A stretch of 64,000 nt of DNA from a virus. Its lineage: Duplodnaviria > Caudoviricetes. The position numbers were made by a program, and so were the translations under genes. Each line of letters opens with the position of its first letter. The stretch's first letter is position 1. The DNA lies in IMG/VR virus record IMGVR_UViG_3300029288_006559, positions 70,293-134,292 of that record. One strand, written 5' to 3'. The notes beneath the pieces were generated by a model that searched no databases, had not been told where the DNA came from, and saw nothing but the letters and a program-made list of their open reading frames with translations. Below are positions 37,482 to 46,180 of this stretch, piece after piece.

Positions 37482-39029
37482 ATGCCTCTACAACAATCTC
37501 GTTATACCGAAGAGCAAGTGAAGGAGCTTTTAATTCAAAATGCAAATCTTGGTAGGGACAACTTTCTTAAACAATTTCATATTGGCAGAAAACTTTACGA
37601 TCGAGTAAGAAAAAAGTATTACGCTGAAATAGAGGAAGCTAGAACAGGAAAGGCTATAAACAGAGGACAGCATTGGTTTTCTAATGAAAATTATACATAC
37701 AACGGACAAACAGATACGTATGTAACTTTTTTAAAGTCTGCTCCAAAACCGATCACTGTTCCAGGCGATGTACACCGGGCTATGCAGAAAGCGTATTCAA
37801 ATTGGGACGGAAATCCTTCTACAATAAACGAAATTTGTAGACAATTTGCATTTCCTAGAGCTTGGTTCATAGAATATAAAAGTATTCACGGTTGGACACA
37901 TGATAAAGAGCCATTTACTAACGAAGAAATTATGTCCCGCTCCGTTGATGACCTTGTTGAAGATGCTTTGGAACAAAGACGTGGGGTATTGTTTCAAAAA
38001 TACGAACAAGAGAAATGGAAGCAAACTAAAGAAGATGCTGATAAATATAGAAAGCTTTTACAAGGAGATTTAACTCCATTTAATCTAGCTATGTTAGAGT
38101 GGGAGCCTTTGAAGCCTTTTTCTCAACCTAGATCTAAAGACAATGATGTATTTTCTTTTATTGTCGGTGCGTCTGATTGGCAAATAGGGCTAAAGGCTAT
38201 TGAAGAAAATCTTACCTTAGGGAAAGATTGGGATGTTAATATTGGTAAAAAGGTTTTAGAAGATTATCTCGAGCAAATCTATAGAGATGTAAAGCGTTTG
38301 AATGTAAATTGGGATAAATGTTATTTATTTAATCTCGGAGATTTGCCTCATGGTTTTTATGGCTTTACAGAAACGCGAAGACATCCTCTCACGATGGATG
38401 TAACTAGAAAACAGCAATATGATGCTGTCTTTAGTTTACAAACCTATTTTATCGAAGGTTTATATAGAGTATTTGGTAAATTAGAAGAAGTAGGAGTAGC
38501 CGGAAATCACGAAGGAGCATTTGGATGGTATGTAGTGGCAAGGGCATTACAAGAACGTTATGCTAATACTCCTAATATAACGATTTCCGCTCATACTAAA
38601 CAAATAATTCACAAACGTGTTGGGAATGTTTTATTTATTCTTACGCACGGAGCAGACCCTAATGGGTATGGTTCTAAATATTCAAGAGAAGTAGGTAGTA
38701 AACGTAACGAGCAAGTTCAGCAGGATATTTTATATATAACTCAAGAACTACAGAGGATAGATCCTAAAATATTAGATGGTGTTATACAAACTGTATTTGT
38801 GCAAGGAGATAAGCACTTTTTTAGACAAGTAGAGCACGGTACTCATATGGATATGCAGTTCGGTAGCCCTTCTTTAGGAGATGATTACGCTGATACTTTG
38901 AGATATAAAAGCCGCCCCTCTCAAAGCTGTTTGCTTGTTAGTCACGAATATGGAATAAAACATATTTGTAATTATTATTTTGATGTAAAGGATTACAAAA
39001 ATGATTCACAAAGTAGCTTACATAAGTAA
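37482..39029 (+). CDS. Calcineurin-like metallophosphoesterase with N-terminal extension
   Basis: SDWQIG, LGDL, GNHE, THG and GDKH motifs. Confidence 0.75.
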   Translation: MPLQQSRYTEEQVKELLIQNANLGRDNFLKQFHIGRKLYDRVRKKYYAEIEEARTGKAINRGQHWFSNENYTYNGQTDTYVTFLKSAPKPITVPGDVHRAMQKAYSNWDGNPSTINEICRQFAFPRAWFIEYKSIHGWTHDKEPFTNEEIMSRSVDDLVEDALEQRRGVLFQKYEQEKWKQTKEDADKYRKLLQGDLTPFNLAMLEWEPLKPFSQPRSKDNDVFSFIVGASDWQIGLKAIEENLTLGKDWDVNIGKKVLEDYLEQIYRDVKRLNVNWDKCYLFNLGDLPHGFYGFTETRRHPLTMDVTRKQQYDAVFSLQTYFIEGLYRVFGKLEEVGVAGNHEGAFGWYVVARALQERYANTPNITISAHTKQIIHKRVGNVLFILTHGADPNGYGSKYSREVGSKRNEQVQQDILYITQELQRIDPKILDGVIQTVFVQGDKHFFRQVEHGTHMDMQFGSPSLGDDYADTLRYKSRPSQSCLLVSHEYGIKHICNYYFDVKDYKNDSQSSLHK

Positions 39030-39216
39030 TGGGATATTCCAAGTAGGAGATAATCCTGTACCTTTAGATGAAGAGTCTTTACAGAAGCTTGCTCAATCTT
39101 TAGCTTCTATGGAGGAAGTTCAAGTTAAAAATTGGATTGAGCAAATTAAGCAAACTAAAGAAGGTAGTCTAGAGGAGAAAACTGCAGAAAAAGGGGGTAA
39201 TCGTGGATATGTATGA
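39001..39216 (+). CDS. Hypothetical protein
   Basis: Overlapping ORF with AAGGA RBS. Confidence 0.5.
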   Translation: MIHKVAYISNGIFQVGDNPVPLDEESLQKLAQSLASMEEVQVKNWIEQIKQTKEGSLEEKTAEKGGNRGYV

Positions 39217-39844
39217 GGTAGATTATCCTACTCCTGTAGATCCTATGAAGCAAACAGAAGAGCTTGCTTCTCACTTGGATGAAAAGAGAGACTTTGTTAT
39301 GCAACATGTCTTTCCCGAAACAGAAACTACAGATGTAATTGTAGGGTTAAGGCAAGATATTTTGAAAGAAAAACCCACAGAAGCTCCTGTGCCTAAAGAG
39401 TCTTCAAAAAAGAATTGGAGGAAAGTGTTAAGTTGGCAGGAGGAGTTTTCTTTTCCTGAACAAGAAACAGAAATAACCCTTCAGCAGCTACTTGAACTGC
39501 GTCCTGAATGGGAGAGATGGTTGCCTTCTACAAAAAGACTTTCGTTTTTAAAATTATCTAGTATAAAGGTGAGTACTGTTCCTTCTTCTAAAGAGCGTCA
39601 TTTAAGTTTGTTTTTTCTTTCTCCTGAATTTGAGTACTCTATAGGTTGCACTTTACCAAGTAATAGAGATAAAAAGGGTTATATGGGGTGTATTGTGACA
39701 GAAAGGCAAGGACGGCGTAGAGGGAATGATTTAGAAGATGGGGAATATTCAAATTCTACGTGGAATAGGATTTTACGAGATATAAAAGAATATGAAACAA
39801 GCACAGGAAGATGGAAACAGGAAGAAGGAGGAAGGTTCTGGTGA
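39203..39844 (+). CDS. Modular protein containing KKNWRKVLSWQEE
   Basis: Hybrid of the two linker motifs, followed by a GYMGC...RGNDLEDG domain. Confidence 0.55.
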   Translation: MDMYEVDYPTPVDPMKQTEELASHLDEKRDFVMQHVFPETETTDVIVGLRQDILKEKPTEAPVPKESSKKNWRKVLSWQEEFSFPEQETEITLQQLLELRPEWERWLPSTKRLSFLKLSSIKVSTVPSSKERHLSLFFLSPEFEYSIGCTLPSNRDKKGYMGCIVTERQGRRRGNDLEDGEYSNSTWNRILRDIKEYETSTGRWKQEEGGRFW

Positions 39845-40212
39845 GGGCTTCTCATACATATTCTGACCTCTCTTTAGTACACAACTGGCGTAGGCAATTA
39901 CTTTTAACTCACGAAAGTAGTCATGATCTAGATAATCCTATAGAATATGTTGCTTTAGATGTAAAAAAGTTACCTATGAAAATAGCTAGATTTTGCCGAG
40001 AAAAATGGTATAGTTTTGGCTTCGATTATGATTTATCTACACAGGTTCTTTGGCCTTTGGAGGATGGAGTCTCGGCTCAAGAGTTAGCCGATAGGATTAA
40101 TAAGAAGTTTGTAAAGGCGGCTTCTGTTATTAAAAAGCCCCCTATAGAAGCTCACGATTTGGACAACGATAGTTTAAGGTTAGATATAGAAAATAGTGAG
40201 GCTACCTATTAA
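39811..40212 (+). CDS. Hypothetical protein (contains NWRRQLL)
   Basis: ORF; probable GTG start at 39841 after GGAGG. Confidence 0.5.
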   Translation: METGRRRKVLVRASHTYSDLSLVHNWRRQLLLTHESSHDLDNPIEYVALDVKKLPMKIARFCREKWYSFGFDYDLSTQVLWPLEDGVSAQELADRINKKFVKAASVIKKPPIEAHDLDNDSLRLDIENSEATY

Positions 40213-40241
40213 ATATTGGTTATAGACACAAAAGGAAAATT

Positions 40242-42551
40242 ATGAAAAAACGTTCTCAACAACCCTCGGTTAATTATCCCTTGCAAGGAGAAGCTGTAGA
40301 ATCTAAAGTAACTGCTACTGTAGATGTACCTATAACTCAAGCCACAGGTGCAAATTTAAGAGCTCAAATTGAAAGTTGGCTTTTAAAAGATATTGCAGAT
40401 AGACATGTCCCAGTACAGTTAGCCGGTTTTCAGGTACAGGATATTATGTTTAATAGAGCAACCGTATCGGTTACATATACTGGAAATGAAGCCGAAGTTA
40501 CAGAATATATACAGCAATTAGGAGCCCCTATTACAAACGTAGGGAGTAAAAAAGTAGCTATTAAAGGCCATGTTTGTGATAATTGCAGCCGTTCCCTTTC
40601 AGAGGATGCTTATGTTGGCCCAGGAAGTTGGAGCTACAAATGTCCAAAGTGTGGCTTCAAATATATCCATGGCAGTAATTTAACTGCTGAAGAACAAGTT
40701 AAGAAGTTTAATAATGAAGGACAATTTGAAACAACTTCCTCTCAAAAGAAAAGTTGGAGGCAAACCCTAGGAGCTACCGAAACGCCGAACAAAGGTTTTA
40801 AACCCTATAAAGGGGATACCCAAACATTTCCTGGTAGTGCAGAATTTAAAGGAGATGAATTTCCCTCAAAGGGAGATCCAGCGAAGAAGGAATTAGGAGC
40901 TTGGAAAGAAGGTAATCGTTTAATGCAATCTGATAAGAAATCAGATGATAGTCAAACTGAACACGGTTCTCCTCTTATGTCAGAAAAAATAAAGCGTTAC
41001 GATGTATTAAAACATAATAAAGAAGAGCATGTTTTACCGAAATATGCTGGTAAGAAATCTTTTTGGAGAAAAGTATTATCTTTCGGATTTGGCGGGGATA
41101 CAGGTATAGACGCTGATGTAAGTGCTCCAAAATACGATTATGTAGGCGAACCTGTTAGTTATCACGGAAGAGCAGGTGTAGTAGATCTTCCTGAAGATGA
41201 ATTTGGTATGGTAGAGGTTAGATTTGATGATACAGGTGAAGTTGAGGCTGTTGATGCAAATGAATTAAGAGAACAAGAATTCGGAGAAGCTCCTGAAATT
41301 TTAGGCCCTATTTCTTCACAAAAAGTAGCTGAAGATATTCATATTGTAAAATGTCCTAATTGTGGATATGCTGGAAATGAAGAAGAATTTCTACCTCCTA
41401 ATACTCCTCCAGAAGCTGCGGATTTTTATACTTGCCCTAGTTGTCAACAAGATATGCCTTTAGATGCAGATTCTACATATCCTTTTGAGGAAGATGATGC
41501 TTTGTTTTCTTCTAAAAAGTCTTGGAGAGAAAAGTTAGCTTACATTTCCAAAGAAGATAGCGGATATACGGTGCGTAGCGAAACAGGAAAGAAACTGAGA
41601 AAACACCCTACTACCAAAGAAAAAGCTAAAAAGCAATTGCAAGCAATCGAGATAAATAAGTATAAAAGGGGGTCTAAAGAGGAAGATACTTATCCCTTTT
41701 CAATAACTTCTGGTCCCGGAGAAGAACACCAAATATATAATGAAGAAACTGGGGATATGGAATATGTAGGTAGAGGAAAGGAAGCTGAAAGAAAAGCTAA
41801 AGAAATTATACAGAGAAAATTACACCGTAGGAGAGCTTTTTTACAACAAAAAGCTGATATTTCTTTTCAAAATCGTCCTGATGGTACGGTAAAGATAGAT
41901 GTAACATCTCATCCTAATGAGCCTTTAACTCAGAATCCTAACACTCAACAACCTCCACCAATGAGTCCAGAGCAAGTACAAAATCAGCAGGTGGAAGAAA
42001 CCTCGGAAAAGAAATCTACGTTAAAAAAAAAGATCGCTTCAGAAGATTATGAAGCCTTAGCTAAAGACTATGGTGTAATATTTAAGGGTATTCAAAAAGA
42101 TCTTCGTAATCCTACTGCCCCCGGATTTCCGATGTTTGAAGATCCTGCTACAAAATCTACTTTTTTACTAAGACCCGACGAGACACTACCCCATGCTATT
42201 GTAAGGTCTCAATCTGCTTTTAGTTTACATCCTAAAAATAAATTAACTTCCTCTGCTGCTTTTGAAAAAGCCCTCGCGGATTTACACGTTGTAGGAGAGG
42301 ATTTACAGAGAAAAGAATCTTCTTGTTCTGATAATCCTATAGAATCTTGGGTTATTCGTAAAGATGGTAATTTAGCTTTAATTGGTAAACAATGTAACAC
42401 TCATTGCGGAATCTTTATAGAAAAAGATGGGAAGGTAATTAAAGAAAATAAACTAGAAAAAACAGCTAATAATCTTACCTGGCGAGAGCTTATTAATCAA
42501 GCAGAATGGGAAGTTGAATACGAGAAGTATCTAAACCAAGAAGGAACATAA
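40242..42551 (+). CDS. Modular putative head-cargo protein with zinc ribbons and repeated KKSWR motifs
   Basis: KKSWRQTL, KKSFWRKVL, KKSWREKL, TWRELI; CDNC/CPKC and CPNC/CPSC. Confidence 0.6.
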   Translation: MKKRSQQPSVNYPLQGEAVESKVTATVDVPITQATGANLRAQIESWLLKDIADRHVPVQLAGFQVQDIMFNRATVSVTYTGNEAEVTEYIQQLGAPITNVGSKKVAIKGHVCDNCSRSLSEDAYVGPGSWSYKCPKCGFKYIHGSNLTAEEQVKKFNNEGQFETTSSQKKSWRQTLGATETPNKGFKPYKGDTQTFPGSAEFKGDEFPSKGDPAKKELGAWKEGNRLMQSDKKSDDSQTEHGSPLMSEKIKRYDVLKHNKEEHVLPKYAGKKSFWRKVLSFGFGGDTGIDADVSAPKYDYVGEPVSYHGRAGVVDLPEDEFGMVEVRFDDTGEVEAVDANELREQEFGEAPEILGPISSQKVAEDIHIVKCPNCGYAGNEEEFLPPNTPPEAADFYTCPSCQQDMPLDADSTYPFEEDDALFSSKKSWREKLAYISKEDSGYTVRSETGKKLRKHPTTKEKAKKQLQAIEINKYKRGSKEEDTYPFSITSGPGEEHQIYNEETGDMEYVGRGKEAERKAKEIIQRKLHRRRAFLQQKADISFQNRPDGTVKIDVTSHPNEPLTQNPNTQQPPPMSPEQVQNQQVEETSEKKSTLKKKIASEDYEALAKDYGVIFKGIQKDLRNPTAPGFPMFEDPATKSTFLLRPDETLPHAIVRSQSAFSLHPKNKLTSSAAFEKALADLHVVGEDLQRKESSCSDNPIESWVIRKDGNLALIGKQCNTHCGIFIEKDGKVIKENKLEKTANNLTWRELINQAEWEVEYEKYLNQEGT

Positions 42552-42553
42552 AG

Positions 42554-43051
42554 ATGTACAATTGGCGAAAAGTTTTTACGTCTTCTGACATAATCAAAAC
42601 AGCTACTACTTCTTGCCCCTGGTGTGGATCTAGTAATCCTCCTGTTCCTACAGAAGAACATTTAGATGAGGCTATTTTTGAACACCAGCCAAAAGATCTA
42701 TACCATGCTCTACGTAATCCTTTAATGTGTCCAGATTGTCTACATGTAGGTAGCTATGAAGATTGGCAAGCGGAAGAGAATAGGATGACTTCTCTAGATA
42801 GTTTACATGCTTCTAATTATCGTTTAGGTAATCCAGGCCGTAACTGCGCAGCTTGTCAACTGTTCGCTTCTCAAGAAAATCCTCTTTCTATGACAGGACA
42901 AGTTCCCGAAGAAAACAAGGCAGGAGTTTGCGGCGTACACAACACAAGAGTTGTTGGAAAGATGTTGTGTGACGACTTTAAACCTGAGAAAAGGGATCCT
43001 TACCATTCTTTAGATATGCATGAAGGCGTTGGTGAAGACGATGGATGGTAA
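42554..43051 (+). CDS. Cys-rich protein starting MYNWRKVF
   Basis: CPWC, CPDC, CAAC...C...C. Confidence 0.55.
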   Translation: MYNWRKVFTSSDIIKTATTSCPWCGSSNPPVPTEEHLDEAIFEHQPKDLYHALRNPLMCPDCLHVGSYEDWQAEENRMTSLDSLHASNYRLGNPGRNCAACQLFASQENPLSMTGQVPEENKAGVCGVHNTRVVGKMLCDDFKPEKRDPYHSLDMHEGVGEDDGW

Positions 43052-45047
43052 TTTAAAACTTTCCTGGGAAGAACCGAACATAGCTTCTTTGGTTTTATCT
43101 CGCGCTGCATTGAGTTGTTTGATGGCTCCTGTAACTGTTACGAAAGAAATAAAAGCTTTACAGAAGCTAATTCCTGATGATGTTATTTATTCTCCCGATA
43201 ATCCAGATTACGGAAGAGAAGTATATCCCCATATCACTGTTTTATTTGGACTTGTAACAGAAGATATAGAAGCTGTAAAGAGAGTTGTTCAGGACTCAGA
43301 TCCCATTGATTTAGTTTTTGATAACAAAACGTCAATTTTTGAACCCGATCTTGAATACGATGTTGTAAAAGTTGCGGTTAAATCTCCACAGTTATTTGAA
43401 ATGAATAAAAAATTACAAGATAAATTTGAAGTAAAGACAGATCATAAAGAGTATAAGCCCCACTTAACAATTGCTTATGTTAAGAAAGGAAAGGGAAAGA
43501 AATACGACGGGTTGTCAGTTTCTTTACCTAATATGAAATTAGATACTTTGGATTTTTCTAATCACAATCACGATAAGACATCTTTTTCTATTCAAGGAAA
43601 GAAAGCTTCTTTGGTTTTAGGGTCTGTTCATACTGATTATTTAAAAGAACACGAGATAGAAGAGAGAAGTGTAGGTCTAGGTTTTAGTGAAAAAGAACAA
43701 AAATGGTATGGTTGGTCCCACCGAGCAATTCAAGGATTTGGAGTAGGAGATAAACCAAGCGAACCAAGCCCAACCGGAGATTCTGCTCTAGATAAAAAAA
43801 TTAATACAATGCAAGAAGCTGAAGAGGCAGCACGTAATTTTGCTGAAGCTGTTTCTTCGCAAAAGCCTGTAAATTTATCTTTGAAAGTTTTTTCTGCAAA
43901 GGGGGATATTATTGTTAACCTTCCTGTTCCTGGAGGAGAGGGAACATTACAAGGAAAGGTTATTTATAGAAAAGATAAAAAAGGTGGAACTACGGCATAT
44001 TATTATGATGCAGAAGGTAAATTACATAGAGAAGGAAAGCCCGCAATAATTGGTCCAAAAGAGGAAGCTTATTATAATCATGGATTGCTTCATAACGAGG
44101 AAGGACCGGCTCGTATTTTATCTAACGGAACGAAAGAATACTGGTTAAATGGTAAGCCCTTGACACAGGAAGATTGGACAGAGAGGAGGGGTAAAGAAGA
44201 GCTTTTATTGCCAGATTTATCTTTAGTGGAGAAGAAAGAGAAACCTTCTTTGCCGGAAATAAATCAGATTTCTATAAAGGATTTATCTTTACAAAACGTT
44301 CCTGGGGATATTTGGCAAGCCCACCTTTTATCTGGCAGATCTGTTTATTTTACTTTCGAGACAATTGAACATGTTGGAGAAAAGGAAATTACAGGTTATG
44401 GAAAATATTCTTTATATGAAGATGATATCTCTAAACATGATAATACAAGATTTACTATCCATGATTATGACGGGCCTTTTAAAAAAGTAAAAAAAGCAGA
44501 TATAATGCCTGAATCTTCTTTAGAGTTACCTGGAGGAGAGAGTTACCAAGATTCGGATTTAATGGATATACAGTTCGATGAAAAAGTAAAACATTCCCCG
44601 ACAGTTAGAAAAGAAGATCAAGATATTGTTAAATATAGGTTAGATCTTCAGAATGAAGAAAAGTTTTTTGAAAAGGGGTTACATCAGAAAGTGAATATGC
44701 CTCAGGTAACAAGACCTATTGTACCCTACGGTAGTTTGAAACTTTCTTGGGAAGAAGACGAATTTAAGGTAGGGGATAAAGTAAGAATATTGTCGAAGAG
44801 TATAGGCGCTTCTTTAGTAGATTCCTATACAAAGGTTGGGGATACAGGCAAAATTATTGAGTTAGTTGTTCCAGGCACCAAGATGTGGGAGCATTTGCAT
44901 TTAGCTTATTACTTTAAAGCTATAAAGGGGGAGGGAATAGCCTATCACGTTATCTGTTCTAGTCCTGGGGGCGGAGTATTTTTACAATCTGATCTTGAAT
45001 TAGTGGAAAAAACCTCCATATTATCGAGTTTAAAACTATGCGACTAG
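43041..45047 (+). CDS. Modular protein with N-terminal 2H phosphoesterase (2'-5' RNA ligase / Acb1-like fold) and further cargo domains
   Basis: Starts MDGNLKLSWEE; HITV and HLTI motifs; LHREGKPA/LHNEEGPA repeats; GSLKLSWEEDEFKVGDKV. Confidence 0.7.
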   Translation: MDGNLKLSWEEPNIASLVLSRAALSCLMAPVTVTKEIKALQKLIPDDVIYSPDNPDYGREVYPHITVLFGLVTEDIEAVKRVVQDSDPIDLVFDNKTSIFEPDLEYDVVKVAVKSPQLFEMNKKLQDKFEVKTDHKEYKPHLTIAYVKKGKGKKYDGLSVSLPNMKLDTLDFSNHNHDKTSFSIQGKKASLVLGSVHTDYLKEHEIEERSVGLGFSEKEQKWYGWSHRAIQGFGVGDKPSEPSPTGDSALDKKINTMQEAEEAARNFAEAVSSQKPVNLSLKVFSAKGDIIVNLPVPGGEGTLQGKVIYRKDKKGGTTAYYYDAEGKLHREGKPAIIGPKEEAYYNHGLLHNEEGPARILSNGTKEYWLNGKPLTQEDWTERRGKEELLLPDLSLVEKKEKPSLPEINQISIKDLSLQNVPGDIWQAHLLSGRSVYFTFETIEHVGEKEITGYGKYSLYEDDISKHDNTRFTIHDYDGPFKKVKKADIMPESSLELPGGESYQDSDLMDIQFDEKVKHSPTVRKEDQDIVKYRLDLQNEEKFFEKGLHQKVNMPQVTRPIVPYGSLKLSWEEDEFKVGDKVRILSKSIGASLVDSYTKVGDTGKIIELVVPGTKMWEHLHLAYYFKAIKGEGIAYHVICSSPGGGVFLQSDLELVEKTSILSSLKLCD

Positions 45048-45277
45048 TTTCTAACGATACATACTCTTTTGGCGACGGAACTTTTGCTTGGTTTGGGTTA
45101 ATTGACCCTAAACTTTTTCAAAGATATACCTGGTTATTGTCTATTCCTATTTTTACGCCTGTAACTATAGGTATAAAAGGAGTTGGTTCTTCTACTATTC
45201 CTTCTGGAATTACAGCCCTATCTCAAAAAGTTAGTGTTGGAAGTCCTAAGATAGGGGTTAGTGTAAGAGATTGTTAA
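45038..45277 (+). CDS. Hypothetical protein, possibly structural
   Basis: Coupled ORF. Confidence 0.5.
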   Translation: MRLVSNDTYSFGDGTFAWFGLIDPKLFQRYTWLLSIPIFTPVTIGIKGVGSSTIPSGITALSQKVSVGSPKIGVSVRDC

Positions 45278-45304
45278 AAATACCGTTTATTTGGTGAGGA
45301 ATTT

Positions 45305-45670
45305 ATGTCAATGCGATTTAAGTTAAAAAAAGGAGCAAAGCAAGATTTAACAGTTACTTTTGATGTAACTAATCTTCCTTCAGGCTCCTTGAGTAATTTG
45401 ACAATTGAGTGGTATGTAAAACGTACTATATCTCAATCTGTTATCGATATTTTTAAAACTACTGCCTCTGGCAGTATTTCCGTCGTAAGTGCTACAGCAG
45501 GTACTGCAACTATACATATGGAACAAGCCGATACTCTTGATCTCTATGCAGGTGATTACTTGTGGGCTTTTAAACTTTATGATTCTAGTAAAAACTTAGT
45601 TGCTCTATCCCCCGATGATTCTAATGGGGATTTAGTTCTTTTAGATTCTCCAGCTACAGGATTGGTGTAA
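45305..45670 (+). CDS. Putative virion protein (BppU N-terminal-like)
   Basis: beta-rich; GTATIHMEQADT..L.AGDY pattern. Confidence 0.5.
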   Translation: MSMRFKLKKGAKQDLTVTFDVTNLPSGSLSNLTIEWYVKRTISQSVIDIFKTTASGSISVVSATAGTATIHMEQADTLDLYAGDYLWAFKLYDSSKNLVALSPDDSNGDLVLLDSPATGLV

Positions 45671-45671
45671 T

Positions 45672-46010
45672 ATGTCTACTTATACAAACAAGAAACTAAT
45701 TAACCCTCAACTTCTTTCAACTGCTTCAGGTAGTCTTATTTACACAGTTCCTACTGGTGTTTCGACTATTTTGACTGTGATTTCTGTAGTAAATACTACC
45801 CCTACTACATTGCAATTTGACTTACATTTATGCAATCAAAGTGCAGTCGCTTCTATTGCGAATGCTCTTATTTACAATTCTGAGATAGATGCTCATACTG
45901 TAACTAATTTTAATTTTGGGCATGTATTATCAGCCGGAGATGTCGTAAGAGGTTCCGCTTCTGCAGCAGGTCTTGCCATACATCTTTCCGGTATTGAGAT
46001 TTCTACTTAA
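45672..46010 (+). CDS. Putative virion structural protein
   Basis: IYTVPTG...VVN...VLSAGD...LSGIEI pattern seen in small phage structural proteins. Confidence 0.5.
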   Translation: MSTYTNKKLINPQLLSTASGSLIYTVPTGVSTILTVISVVNTTPTTLQFDLHLCNQSAVASIANALIYNSEIDAHTVTNFNFGHVLSAGDVVRGSASAAGLAIHLSGIEIST

Positions 46011-46014
46011 AACT

Positions 46015-46027
46015 ACGTGTATATTAT
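46015..46027 (+). promoter_or_regulatory. Promoter-like motif copy
   Basis: ACGTGTATATTAT. Confidence 0.55.
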
Positions 46028-46076
46028 ATGTGTAAGTAAGCTTAAATATTACTTACTCTATAACTACTCCTTATAT

Positions 46077-46114
46077 AAACCCCTTTACTTTCCGTGAAGG
46101 GGTTTTTTGTTTTT
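46077..46114 (+). terminator. Rho-independent terminator
   Basis: AAACCCCTTTAC-TTTCC-GTGAAGGGGTTT followed by a T tract. Confidence 0.85.
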
Positions 46115-46127
46115 ACGTGTATTATAT
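46115..46127 (+). promoter_or_regulatory. Promoter-like motif copy
   Basis: ACGTGTATTATAT directly after the terminator, before the accessory block. Confidence 0.6.
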
Positions 46128-46180
46128 ATGTATGTGTAATTAACTATGTAGTGATTATTTCTTTAAGAAAGGATCTATGT

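Noticed and set aside
37482-45047. Major capsid protein expected after the prohead protease
   Set aside because: No ORF here shows recognisable HK97-fold capsid features; it probably lies outside the window
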